A stretch of DNA of 64,000 bases from Microcoleus sp. GTDB lineage: Bacteria; Cyanobacteriota; Cyanobacteriia; Cyanobacteriales; Microcoleaceae. Positions 1-8,516 of this stretch are shown one piece after another (position 1 is the first letter of the stretch; each line of letters begins with the position of its first letter). Below the pieces are notes generated by a model. That model ran no database searches. It saw nothing but the letters and a program-made list of their open reading frames with translations, and was not told where the DNA came from. The stretch is taken from assembly GCA_052279835.1 (NCBI GenBank), contig CP181291.1, forward strand, positions 2,048,001 through 2,112,000, written 5' to 3'. A program made the translations under genes and the position numbers.

Positions 1-864
1 GGAAAACGGGTGCGCTTGTCCCAGGTGGGTTTGTTTGCCGATGGTGTGGCGGTGCGGGAAGTTGGCGAGGAAACTTTTCGGCTTTGTCAGGAGTATGTGG
101 ATGAGATTATTTTGGTAGATACGGATGATGTTTGTGCGGCGATTAAGGATGTTTTTGAGGATACGCGATCGATCTTAGAACCGGCCGGTGCTTTGGCGAT
201 CGCAGGTGCGAAAGCTTACGTGGAACGGGAACAAATCGCAGGGGAAACTTTAATTGCGGTTGCTTGCGGTGCAAACATGAATTTCGATCGCCTGCGGTTT
301 GTGGCAGAAAGAGCCGAGTTTGGCGAACGTCGGGAAGCTATTTTTGCAGTGACAATTCCCGAACAACCGGGAAGTCTCCGCAGGTTTTGCGAATGTTTGG
401 GTAAACGCAATTTAACTGAATTTAGCTATCGAATTGCGGATGAAAAAGCAGCGCATATTTTTATCGGCGTGCAAATTCAAAACCGTGCAGATGCGGTAAA
501 AATAGCGGCTAGTTTTGAGGATTGTGGTTTTAAAACGTTGGATTTAACTGATGATGAATTAACTAAATTGCATTTGCGGCATATGGTGGGTGGCCGTTCG
601 ATGCTGGCGGATAATGAGTTGTTTTATCGCTTTGAATTTCCCGAACGTCCTGGTGCTTTGATGAAGTTTGTGGGTTCCATGAGTCCTAACTGGAATATTA
701 GCGTTTTTCACTACCGGAATAATGGCGCTGATTACGGGCGAATTGTGGTGGGAATTCAGGTGCCGCCTGATGAGATGAAGGAATGGCAGGCTTTTTTGGA
801 TACGCTGGGTTATCAGTATGGGAATGAGAGTCAGAATCCGGCTTATAAGTTGTTTTTGAGATAG
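1..864 (+). CDS. ilvA: Threonine ammonia-lyase, biosynthetic (3' part; gene begins before the window)
   Basis: FADGVAV, EPAGALA, GANMNFDRLRF and two C-terminal ACT-like regulatory repeats (TIPEQPGS; FEFPERPGAL; FHYRNNG). Confidence 0.95.
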   Translation, partial: GKRVRLSQVGLFADGVAVREVGEETFRLCQEYVDEIILVDTDDVCAAIKDVFEDTRSILEPAGALAIAGAKAYVEREQIAGETLIAVACGANMNFDRLRFVAERAEFGERREAIFAVTIPEQPGSLRRFCECLGKRNLTEFSYRIADEKAAHIFIGVQIQNRADAVKIAASFEDCGFKTLDLTDDELTKLHLRHMVGGRSMLADNELFYRFEFPERPGALMKFVGSMSPNWNISVFHYRNNGADYGRIVVGIQVPPDEMKEWQAFLDTLGYQYGNESQNPAYKLFLR

Positions 865-889
865 GGGTTTATGACTCGGCAGTTGAAAC

Positions 890-919
890 CAGGGCAACCA
901 CGGGGGGATTGCCCCTACA
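890..919. repeat. REP-like palindrome (AGGGCAACCACGGGGGGATTGCCCCTAC)
   Basis: GGGCAA..TTGCCC hairpin ending in CCCCTAC; related GTAGGGG-type units near 50592, 54462 and 55252. Confidence 0.6.
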
Positions 920-989
920 CAAACTTTCGTCCACTCCAGGCGGACTAAGAGATTGGAGGCGAACAATGTCATGTCTGGTTTTCGACTCA

Positions 990-1826
990 TCAAACTTGCG
1001 ATCGCAAATTCTGCACATCCTGAACGCTAAGTCCGGTTATTTGGGCTATGGTTGCGTCATCTAGGCGATCGAGTAACTGCCGTGCGATCGCCTGCTTTTC
1101 TTCTTGTCTAGCGTCTCGCTCGGCTTTAATTATCGTGCCTTGCTGGTCGTAAATAAACATTTCTTGCCGTTCGATATTTGCTATTTCCTCCGGGCTTAAA
1201 TTCACTCGATCGGCGATGTCAAAAGCTTGATGGATTTCCGGGACGCTATCCATTACTGGCGGGATTTCCGTTATCGTTACCGCGTATTTCATGAAATAGA
1301 GCCATTTATCTGCTAGAGTTTCTAGTTGGTCTACTGTTTTGGTGAACTTTGGTAATTCTACAAATACCAACTTCAGATCGTTATCGGGATAGGGTAAATT
1401 AGAAACTTCTTCTTTGTAGACAAATCGTGAAATTAATTCGTTGCTATTTTTAAACATCTCAAAATCAGTTATTGTTAAGGCAATTACTGGTTTTAGCATT
1501 CGATATCCTTGTCCTTTCTGTAATTGAGAGGCGTAGGTTTTAGCTGCGTTATACAAGATTCTTTGTCCGAAAGACTCGACGTTTAATACCTGCATTTCAA
1601 TGATGACTAGAGTGCAGTCGGCAAGCTTGGCTTTGACATCTAAAGAGGAGTCTTTTAAGCCTTCTACCTGTGGTGGCAGGTTGGGGTTGATAATTTCTAA
1701 GTCTTCAATGGTAGGATTGCCATCGTAAATCATGGCGTTGAGAAAGCTGATGAGAATGTCTGTGCTTTCTGAGGAACCAAATATTTTTTTGAAGGCGTAA
1801 TCGGTTTTGGGGTTGATGAATGTCAT
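990..1826 (-). CDS. Rpn family recombination-promoting nuclease / PD-(D/E)XK protein
   Basis: FINPKTDYAFKKIFG start, LDVKA...IIEMQV motif, FVELPKF, C-terminal IAQITGLS tail. Confidence 0.9.
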   Translation of the reverse strand: MTFINPKTDYAFKKIFGSSESTDILISFLNAMIYDGNPTIEDLEIINPNLPPQVEGLKDSSLDVKAKLADCTLVIIEMQVLNVESFGQRILYNAAKTYASQLQKGQGYRMLKPVIALTITDFEMFKNSNELISRFVYKEEVSNLPYPDNDLKLVFVELPKFTKTVDQLETLADKWLYFMKYAVTITEIPPVMDSVPEIHQAFDIADRVNLSPEEIANIERQEMFIYDQQGTIIKAERDARQEEKQAIARQLLDRLDDATIAQITGLSVQDVQNLRSQV

Positions 1827-1883
1827 GGTGGGAATCGGGAATAAAGTTTTAAACTAAATGCTAAATTAGACCATTAAAATTTA

Positions 1884-2231
1884 TCATAAAGGGAGATACT
1901 GAATTTGTCCTGCCAATTCTCCCTCAAGGCAGCACTCCAAAAGTATCAGAATATCCTCAATTACCCTACCAATTGGTGCATCGAATGTAACTTCAACAAC
2001 TCCTGACATTGGCTTACCTGCGGCCATACGTTCATAGGCATAGCGCGTAATCGTAGCAACATCGTGAGTCAGCAAAATTCGATTTTCTTGGGCAGCCCAT
2101 TCCAGCACTATTGGGTCATCTTCACCGGATAAGCCCACATCTTGGACGCGAACAATGTCAATGTCTGGTTTGCGACGCATCAAACCTCTAACAATTGTAT
2201 TGTCAAAGTTTTCATCAGCTAGGAATTTCAT
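1884..2231 (-). CDS. DUF5615 family PIN-like toxin
   Basis: MKFLADEN...DDPIVLEWAAQENRILLTHD; overlaps the upstream DUF433 gene. Confidence 0.88.
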   Translation of the reverse strand: MKFLADENFDNTIVRGLMRRKPDIDIVRVQDVGLSGEDDPIVLEWAAQENRILLTHDVATITRYAYERMAAGKPMSGVVEVTFDAPIGRVIEDILILLECCLEGELAGQIQYLPL

Positions 2232-2562
2232 GCGATCGCTCTTGTTGACGGGCCATTAATCTGTCGCGCAATCCCTGCGGGTCAAATCTTGCTTCGTTCG
2301 TCTTGCGAATCTCTTGTGCTTGTTGCTGTCGAAGCTGCAAATACGTTTCGACTTCCTGCTGGTGATTGAGGTAAAAAGCGATAGTGGCATACACGTCAGC
2401 CAATCTCAGCGACGGATAACGATAAACGATTTCCTCTGCGGTTGTTCCCTGCTTAAACACTGCAATCACAGTATCTAAAGTCACGCGAGTGTTACCGACT
2501 CGCACTACGCCGTCAGCATTGGTCTTTAGGGGTGCAGGTTCAGCTACAACTGCTAATGTCAT
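2215..2562 (-). CDS. DUF433 family antitoxin
   Basis: GVVRVGNTRVTLDTV...TAEEIVYRYPSLRLADVYATIAFY; start placed at ATG 2562 (MTLAVVAEP). Confidence 0.88.
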   Translation of the reverse strand: MTLAVVAEPAPLKTNADGVVRVGNTRVTLDTVIAVFKQGTTAEEIVYRYPSLRLADVYATIAFYLNHQQEVETYLQLRQQQAQEIRKTNEARFDPQGLRDRLMARQQERSHEIPS

Positions 2563-2703
2563 GGCAACCTCAACGTTCGCTGTCTTAATTGTATTAGAAG
2601 GTCGATGGCTACGCCACGGCTTGCGCCTACGAACTTGATGGGCGATCGCACGATTCCCAAACATCAGGTTTATGAAATGCGATCGCCCGAATCGTCAATT
2701 GCT

Positions 2704-2949
2704 TCAATTCTTCTGCAACCATTTTGTCAGCACGCGCATCCACTGGCCCGTATTCGGTGCACGCTGCAAGTCGCTCCAGTCGGCCATTTGGGCAAAACCT
2801 AGTCGCACCAGCCAATTTACTACGACGGTTATACCTTGGCGGGAGCCAACAACCATGATACGCACGGGTTCCCGGTTTTCTCGATCGTCCGTGGGATTTG
2901 GGTTTTGTTGGGTGTCGCTGGGCGGTTCGGTTAGAAAGTCTTCAGCCAT
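2704..2949 (-). CDS. Small conserved-looking hypothetical protein (REPVRIMVVGS...LGFAQMADWS), divergent from an XRE regulator
   Basis: Acidic low-complexity N-terminus then a compact domain; I recall similar cyanobacterial proteins (unverified); start at ATG 2949. Confidence 0.65.
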   Translation of the reverse strand: MAEDFLTEPPSDTQQNPNPTDDRENREPVRIMVVGSRQGITVVVNWLVRLGFAQMADWSDLQRAPNTGQWMRVLTKWLQKN

Positions 2950-2978
2950 TGGGAAGTCCTCATCTTCAAAATCAACCA

Positions 2979-3038
2979 ATCACTACATATATGTAGTTAC
3001 CAGTATCATAGCGCAATAACTACATATGTGTAGTGATT
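2979..3038. promoter_or_regulatory. Double palindromic operator between divergent genes
   Basis: AATCACTACATATATGTAGTTA ... TAACTACATATGTGTAGTGATT: 22-bp inverted repeat with 1 mismatch, each arm itself (near-)palindromic. Confidence 0.75.
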
Positions 3039-3072
3039 TACGGTTGGGGCTTCCCTTGGCATCATGGGGTGC

Positions 3073-3345
3073 ATGGGAAAAGCTGGTCGAGTTTTGAGAG
3101 AAGTGCTGAACACCTATGGCATTAGCCAAAACAAATTGGCGATCGCAATGGGTGTGCGAAGTTCTGTTGTCTATCGTTGGTTTAATGAGCTCATCGATCC
3201 AACTGGAGACACGCTTGTGAAGATGGTTGTGGCGTTAAAGTTGCTAGATATAGATGCAGCGCGGGAGTTTGTGCAGCGCTATTTGGGTGAAGTTTTGGAG
3301 GATGAGGGTGAGGCTGAGGTCGATCGATCTACAAACACAGAATAG
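3073..3345 (+). CDS. XRE-family helix-turn-helix regulator
   Basis: MGKAGRVLREVLNTYGISQNKLAIAMGVRSSVVYRW HTH_3-type pattern; alternative ATG at 3064. Confidence 0.85.
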   Translation: MGKAGRVLREVLNTYGISQNKLAIAMGVRSSVVYRWFNELIDPTGDTLVKMVVALKLLDIDAAREFVQRYLGEVLEDEGEAEVDRSTNTE

Positions 3346-3389
3346 ATTTATTGTTCGGAAGGTCGATGGCTACTTCCTACGCTTGCGCC

Positions 3390-3525
3390 TAGGGCGTGTT
3401 TTCAAACTACTCCTTAAGATTTAGATCCCCCTAAATCCCCCTTAAAAAGGGGGACTTAAAGACTCTTTCCCCCCCCTTTTTAAGGGGGGCTGGGGGGGAT
3501 CTTTGGGGAGAGAAAACACGCCCTA
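3390..3525. mobile_element. MITE with 12-bp TIRs (GGGCGTGTTTTC/GAAAACACGCCC) and TA duplication
   Basis: Interrupts a repeat whose uninterrupted copy (GCTTGCGCCTACG) is at ~2619-2631; the interior is the CCCCCTAAATCCCCCTTAAAAAGGGGG-type palindromic repeat. Confidence 0.8.
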
Positions 3526-3654
3526 CGCATTTGACGGGCGATCGTCATTACTGCCAAAATCTTTTTAAGATTGGAGATGTTTTGAGGTTTTTCGAGCGAG
3601 GGTTGTAGAGGGCGATCGGCAGTATAATAGAATTGAAAGTTACACAAGAAAAAC

Positions 3655-4068
3655 ATGGCACGGGATCTCTTTCACGAAGCCGTTAAGCTTGCCCTTCAGA
3701 AGGAGAATTGGGTAATTACCGACGATCCGCTGCGGCTAGAAGCGGCAGGAGCAAAGTTTGAGATCGATTTGGGTGCAGAGCGGTTGTTAGCAGCACAAAA
3801 AGCCGGAGAGAAAATTGCTGTCGAAATCAAAACATTTTTGGGCGACTCCCCGATTACTGATTATCATGCGGCATTAGGACAGTTTCTGAATTATCGGCTT
3901 GCTTTAGAACTCAATGAACCCGATCGCAAGCTTTATTTAGCAGTTCCTGTTGCGGTGCACAAAGCTTTTTTTCAGCGGGAGTTTTTGCAAATCTCGGTAG
4001 AGCGACATCAAGTTAACCGCATTGTTTACGATCCAATAAATGAGGTGATTGTACAATGGATAAGCTAG
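3655..4068 (+). CDS. xisH: XisH family protein
   Basis: MARDLFHEAVKLAL..W.IT.DP, IDLGAE, KIAVEIKTF, ALGQFLNYR; a paralogue, with no fdxN element visible. Confidence 0.92.
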   Translation: MARDLFHEAVKLALQKENWVITDDPLRLEAAGAKFEIDLGAERLLAAQKAGEKIAVEIKTFLGDSPITDYHAALGQFLNYRLALELNEPDRKLYLAVPVAVHKAFFQREFLQISVERHQVNRIVYDPINEVIVQWIS

Positions 4069-4391
4069 AGCATTATCGTCAGTCGATTCAAGCATTATTG
4101 ACCGAATATGCGGCAATTCCGGTTTCCAACGGTGCGATCGAATCGCAAATAATTTTTGATACGCAGCGCGATCGTTATCAAGTGACGAATGTTGGTTGGG
4201 ATGGGCATCGACGGGTGCATGGATGCGTGCTGCATTTGGATATTAAGGATGGCAAGATTTGGTTGCAGCAGAATACAACGGAGATGCGAGTGGCGCACGA
4301 GTTGGTGGCAATGGGTGTGGCAAAGGAGGATATTATCTTGGGATTTCAAGCGCCTTACGTGCGGCAATACACGGGCTTTGGAGTGGCTTAG
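4056..4391 (+). CDS. xisI: XisI family protein
   Basis: MDKLEHYR...HGCVLHLDIKDGKIWLQ...DIILGF...YTGFGVA; overlaps xisH. Confidence 0.92.
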   Translation: MDKLEHYRQSIQALLTEYAAIPVSNGAIESQIIFDTQRDRYQVTNVGWDGHRRVHGCVLHLDIKDGKIWLQQNTTEMRVAHELVAMGVAKEDIILGFQAPYVRQYTGFGVA

Positions 4392-4465
4392 CGCGATCGT
4401 CCAAAAATGTGGCAATATTTTTTTCAAAGTTATACAATGAAAAAAACCTAAGTTTTGATATATTT

Positions 4466-4963
4466 ATGCAATCACCAAAAGTCGAACCAATACCGGGAGA
4501 TTTAAGAGAAAGTCTGTATGAAACAGATTTTTTTACTTGGACTTATGCTCAAGCAAAATTTTTGAAAGAACGAGAATGGAATCAACTAGATTTACCGAAT
4601 TTAATCGAGGAGATTGAGTCATTGGGAAAACAACAACGTGCCGAACTAAGAAATCGATTAAAGGTGTTAATTGGACATTTATTAAAATGGGAATATCAAG
4701 GAAAACAACGCAGCCGTAGTTGGTTAATGACGATTCGCATTCAGCGTCGCGATACTCAAGAATTGCTGTCAGAAAACCCTAGTCTTAAACCCTATCTTCA
4801 GGAAGCATTACAAAAGATATATGAAAGCGGTAGAGATTTGGCAACAGGAGAAACCAACTTGCCACTAAAAACTTTCCCAGAAAATTGCCCGTATACCTTA
4901 GAAGACATTTTTAGCGATCGCTTTTATCCGGGCGAACCTGCAACAGATGATGTGATGGAATGA
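4466..4963 (+). CDS. DUF29 family protein
   Basis: LYETDFFTW, LDLPNLIEEIESLG, LIGHLLKWEYQ, RSRSW, NPSLKPYL, FPENCPY; start at ATG 4466. Confidence 0.9.
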   Translation: MQSPKVEPIPGDLRESLYETDFFTWTYAQAKFLKEREWNQLDLPNLIEEIESLGKQQRAELRNRLKVLIGHLLKWEYQGKQRSRSWLMTIRIQRRDTQELLSENPSLKPYLQEALQKIYESGRDLATGETNLPLKTFPENCPYTLEDIFSDRFYPGEPATDDVME

Positions 4964-4966
4964 GAA

Positions 4967-5165
4967 CGATCGCAGATAGTTGTCTAATGGTAGGGAGTAA
5001 TTCTGTTAGTGCGATCGGTTATTTTCCTACGATGCGTCTATGTTAACGGTAGCAGGTCAAGGTAGTAATTGCAACTTATAGGGGAGTTTGACAAATTTCG
5101 TTGTGGTTAGCCAGATTCATTGCCTGCATCAAAGCTGTACCAGCATCAAAAGTATCGTAGGTGGT
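4967..5165 (-). pseudogene. Permuted duplicate fragments of the 5903-6199 gene and promoter
   Basis: 4967-5095 matches 6070-6199; 5096-5165 matches 5908-5977. Confidence 0.8.
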
Positions 5166-5229
5166 CGAATGACATAAAATTGCTCTTGGATATAATGGTA
5201 ATGAAGTCTAGCAAGGAAAATGCCCAATT

Positions 5230-5496
5230 ATGACAGTCCGGGAAGAACTAATCCATGAGATTGAGCAAGCATCAGATGATATACTTCAGGTGCTATTGAG
5301 TTTTTTGCGTCAGACGCGGTTGTCGCACTCTGAGCCTTCTGTGTCGATCGACTCTGCTGAGATTTCGACTGCTGGATTGACAGCGCAAAAGCATTATCCT
5401 CTGCGCGGGATGCCCTTGGTAATTGCTGAGGATTTTGATGAGCCGATGTCGGATTTATGGGATGCGCTATCGCCAATAAATTATGAGGGAAATTAA
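5230..5496 (+). CDS. DUF2281-like antitoxin
   Basis: MTVREELIHEIEQASDDILQVLLSFL ... LRG..IAEDFDEPM; no cognate PIN gene follows. Confidence 0.7.
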   Translation: MTVREELIHEIEQASDDILQVLLSFLRQTRLSHSEPSVSIDSAEISTAGLTAQKHYPLRGMPLVIAEDFDEPMSDLWDALSPINYEGN

Positions 5497-5897
5497 CGCT
5501 TTGGCTCAATATCGAATTCGAGCCGAGAACGATAAAAGTGAACGTCAAATTCTAAGAAAAAATTTGTCTGTCCGAGTATCAATGATACACTGTCACTTTT
5601 TGCCCACGCAAATACTAATCTTACGGGAGCAAACTCCCCTATTTCAGCCATGAAAAATACTGGCATGGCTGGTTGATTACCAACGTTACCAGCCAATCGA
5701 ATAATGGCTTTGCTGTCATCCCACACTAAGCCAAGCTGAATTCCTATTTGGTAAGGCAATACATTCACAGTTGCACCGCTGTCTACCAACCCAACAACTT
5801 CCACTCTCTGGTTATTGTGGCGCAGAATCAAGGGAATTCGCGGTAGGCTGTCAAACTCATCTTGAGATGGGTCATTGGTAGAGTATTGGAATCGCAT
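5493..5897 (-). CDS. Retropepsin-like aspartyl protease family protein
   Basis: GLVDSGA motif and ILGQTNFF. Confidence 0.8.
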   Translation of the reverse strand: MRFQYSTNDPSQDEFDSLPRIPLILRHNNQRVEVVGLVDSGATVNVLPYQIGIQLGLVWDDSKAIIRLAGNVGNQPAMPVFFMAEIGEFAPVRLVFAWAKSDSVSLILGQTNFFLEFDVHFYRSRLEFDIEPKR

Positions 5898-5902
5898 AAT
5901 AC

Positions 5903-6118
5903 TCAGTTTTCGTTGTGGTTAGCCAAATTCATTGCCTGCATCAAAGCTGCACCCGCACCAAAATTATCGTAGGGGGTTGGCAGGTAGTAAATCTTGTAAG
6001 GTTCCAAAGGGAAAATATCTTCACTGATGTCCTCTTCCGCCATTAGAATACGGATTAACTCTCGTTTCTCGATCGCAGATAGTTGTCGAATGGTAGGGAG
6101 TAATTCTGTTAGTGTCAT
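5903..6118 (-). CDS. Small hypothetical protein (antitoxin-like partner of the aspartyl protease)
   Basis: MTLTELLPTIRQLSAIEKRELIRIL; 5 bp from the protease gene. Confidence 0.65.
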   Translation of the reverse strand: MTLTELLPTIRQLSAIEKRELIRILMAEEDISEDIFPLEPYKIYYLPTPYDNFGAGAALMQAMNLANHNEN

Positions 6119-6265
6119 CGGTTGTTTTCCGGGTCATGCGTCTGTGTTAACGGTAGCAGGTCAACGTAGTAATTGCAACTTCTAGGGGAGTTTGACAAAA
6201 AATGCCCAAAAATTGCTATAATAAAGAGTCTTAGAAATTTAACACTAAAAGCTGAGGTTAAAGTC

Positions 6266-6565
6266 GTGACAATAACTTCACAAGAAACGGATGTAGAGAT
6301 TCAACAATTCCCGATTCTTCTGGGACAGGGAGGGGAAATTACCATTCCCCAGTTATTACAAGATGCCCTCAATGTCGATCGGGGAGATATGCTGGTGCTA
6401 ATCCAAATAGGTAATTTGATTGTGCTTGCTCCCAAACAACCTCAAGCTCCCAAACTAATCGATCGAATTGCAACTATTATGGAAAGTGAAAATGTGGGTT
6501 TGACTGATTTATTGTCGGGTTTAGAAGCGGAGCGAGAGGCGATTTGGCAGGAGAGACAGTCTTAA
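6266..6565 (+). CDS. AbrB/MazE-like antitoxin
   Basis: GQGGEITIPQLLQDALNVDRGDML; GTG start after GAGG and a TGcTATAAT extended -10 at 6214-6222. Confidence 0.7.
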   Translation: MTITSQETDVEIQQFPILLGQGGEITIPQLLQDALNVDRGDMLVLIQIGNLIVLAPKQPQAPKLIDRIATIMESENVGLTDLLSGLEAEREAIWQERQS

Positions 6566-6590
6566 TGCGTAGGGTATTTGCGGACGAAGA
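6565..6590 (+). pseudogene. N-terminal remnant of a PIN toxin (MRRVFAD)
   Basis: TAATG overlap with the antitoxin stop; resembles the first strand of PIN domains, then similarity is lost. Confidence 0.45.
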
Positions 6591-6715
6591 ACGTATTAAT
6601 TGCCAGATGACAAATAAGAAAGGCGATCGCCCTTTGTTTTTTTTGAGTAAGGGCGATCCGCAAAACATACAATTGCTATAATAACTCTTAGTAATTTGAC
6701 ACTAAAGAGGTAAAA

Positions 6716-7291
6716 TCAAGGAGTACGAATGCCATATTTCAATATTGAACCCAGCAGAAAAATACCACCAAAACCCAATAGGTATGGAGAAAAATTTTGA
6801 ATAGCCGAAGCAAGTTCCCTGCTGATTTCTATTCCTTTTGAATTAAAGATACTATCGCCCTCTGTTACCAGGATACACGGTCTTACAAGGACTGCTGGAA
6901 AACACAACACTTGATCCTTTAAGAATAGACCAACTCCGCCTATCATTACTGCCAGACTACTAAATCCTTGGAACCAGTATACTGGGTCTCTATATACTGG
7001 GTTTCTATGAAAACTTATAGTAGTATATTTAGTATCGAACTCTCGGTCAGACATCCGGCAAAAGCGTATAAAATCGATCACTGTTACAATTAATGCCATC
7101 AAATACAAACAAACTGTTGGAATCATTACAAAATTTCTCGTCGGCTCAGACCACCAGAACCCAAGGAGACAACAAAATGGAATTATCAGTAATCGGCCTA
7201 GTGTAGTATCTCCAAAATACAAGCGATGTAATCCTGGTATTGTAAAAAAGGCTATACCTGCGAGAATTAATGCTTTTCTTCTTTTAGACAT
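6716..7291 (-). CDS. TM2/NINE domain membrane protein
   Basis: KALILA..FF..PGLHRLYFG; several hydrophobic helices. Confidence 0.7.
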   Translation of the reverse strand: MSKRRKALILAGIAFFTIPGLHRLYFGDTTLGRLLIIPFCCLLGFWWSEPTRNFVMIPTVCLYLMALIVTVIDFIRFCRMSDREFDTKYTTISFHRNPVYRDPVYWFQGFSSLAVMIGGVGLFLKDQVLCFPAVLVRPCILVTEGDSIFNSKGIEISRELASAIQNFSPYLLGFGGIFLLGSILKYGIRTP

Positions 7292-7551
7292 AATAATTTA
7301 TTGCTAAGTGAACTAACTCGTGGATAGCCAGCTTTGTATAAACCCATCTCTCACACAGGGAGAATATCAACATCGGTATTTTTTTTCCTACAACCCAATA
7401 TTCCATACAGTAGACCGATCGCCCAAAAACTGTCAACGAAAAAAAGTTGGAAAAAGTGGGAACTTCCTAAAAATCCGACGCGAGAAAAAAAAGTTGGAAA
7501 AAGTTGCAAAAAGTTTGGTATAGTAACTAAAATTATCCCACCATCCCACCT

Positions 7552-8067
7552 ATGGACAGTCCTCAGATATTGCAATTTGTCGATAAAGCTGTCTGGGCTA
7601 GGACAGGCAAACATCTAAATAACTTGCAGCGCAAGATTATCACGGGAATACTGAATCGTAAAAAGTATACTGACGTTGCAGAAACTTATGGTTATAGCTC
7701 CCAACACGTTAAAAAGGCTAGTCACGAGCTTTTGCAAATGTTATCTGAGGTGTTTGGCGAACAAGTTAAGAAAAGTAATCTTGAATCCGTCCTAGAAAGG
7801 CAGATAAATCATAATATAAATCTTGGTAATAAGAATACTTTTAAAAATACTAACAAAATTAGCTACATTAACAATTGTTCTAATCCCTCTACTCCTAACC
7901 CAAATCAAAGTCAGCCGGAAACTCCCGAATTGCAGGAGGAAAGCAAAAATCAAACTAAGATTGAAACAATAGATAAATTACGGCAGTTTGGCTTGAGCGA
8001 CGAGCAAATTGCAGAAGCGCTAGATCTACCTTTAGAGCAGGTTAAGCAGGTGGACTTGGATAAGTAA
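7552..8067 (+). CDS. Standalone HTH protein (N-terminal HTH of the type found on cyanobacterial NB-ARC/vMAP proteins) with an Rpn-like C-terminal tail
   Basis: TGKHLNNLQ..I..G......Y..VA...GYS..HVK....L...LSEVFGE.V.KSN; tail GLSDEQIAEALDLPLEQV. Confidence 0.65.
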   Translation: MDSPQILQFVDKAVWARTGKHLNNLQRKIITGILNRKKYTDVAETYGYSSQHVKKASHELLQMLSEVFGEQVKKSNLESVLERQINHNINLGNKNTFKNTNKISYINNCSNPSTPNPNQSQPETPELQEESKNQTKIETIDKLRQFGLSDEQIAEALDLPLEQVKQVDLDK

Positions 8068-8144
8068 ATCTGCGCCCCGTGCGAATTTTACTGGAGCGAT
8101 CGCCCGCACTTAGTTTTTTTGTTACAATGGTCGCAGGTTGCCTT
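8031..8144 (+). repeat. 114-bp direct repeat, copy 1 (gene 3' end + HIP1 + TGtTACAAT -10)
   Basis: Matches 9036-9149; the last 64 bp differ at 1 position. Confidence 0.9.
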
Positions 8145-8246
8145 GTTGAAGTAAAATAAAATATCACCCGATATTTTCAGCTACGAATACAAAAATGATT
8201 GAATTCTCAGTATAAATCATCCAGACACTCTCAGAAGAAAAGCAAT

Positions 8247-8516
8247 ATGGAAACTTTGCTGTTAACAATCGTAATTATTTTGCAGCTCGTGCTAATCTTT
8301 TTAATTCTACAGCGCGAGTATCAGTGGTTGCCAGAAAGTTTAAGTGTTCGGGAATACTCTCAACTTTCAAAACCAACAGCCCAAAAACCAAGCACAAGTT
8401 CAAAAAATTTATGGGATAACCCGCCACCAGCATCAGAAGAACTAAAGTTGACTGTTACCGAATTTAAAGATAAGTATGACAGGAGTGAACCGTGGGATGG
8501 AGATTTTGCAGCCTAA
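8247..8516 (+). CDS. Putative antitoxin of the GNAT toxin, with an N-terminal hydrophobic helix
   Basis: LLLTIVIILQLVLIFLIL then WDNPPPASEELK, resembling the DUF1778/TacA C-terminus; overlaps the GNAT gene. Confidence 0.6.
   Translation: METLLLTIVIILQLVLIFLILQREYQWLPESLSVREYSQLSKPTAQKPSTSSKNLWDNPPPASEELKLTVTEFKDKYDRSEPWDGDFAA

Noticed and set aside
3655..4391. xisH/xisI as an fdxN excision element
   Set aside because: No XisF recombinase or interrupted nif/fdxN gene; such pairs are common dispersed paralogues.
4259..4465. N-terminal extension of the DUF29 ORF
   Set aside because: Overlaps xisI; DUF29 similarity starts after ATG 4466.
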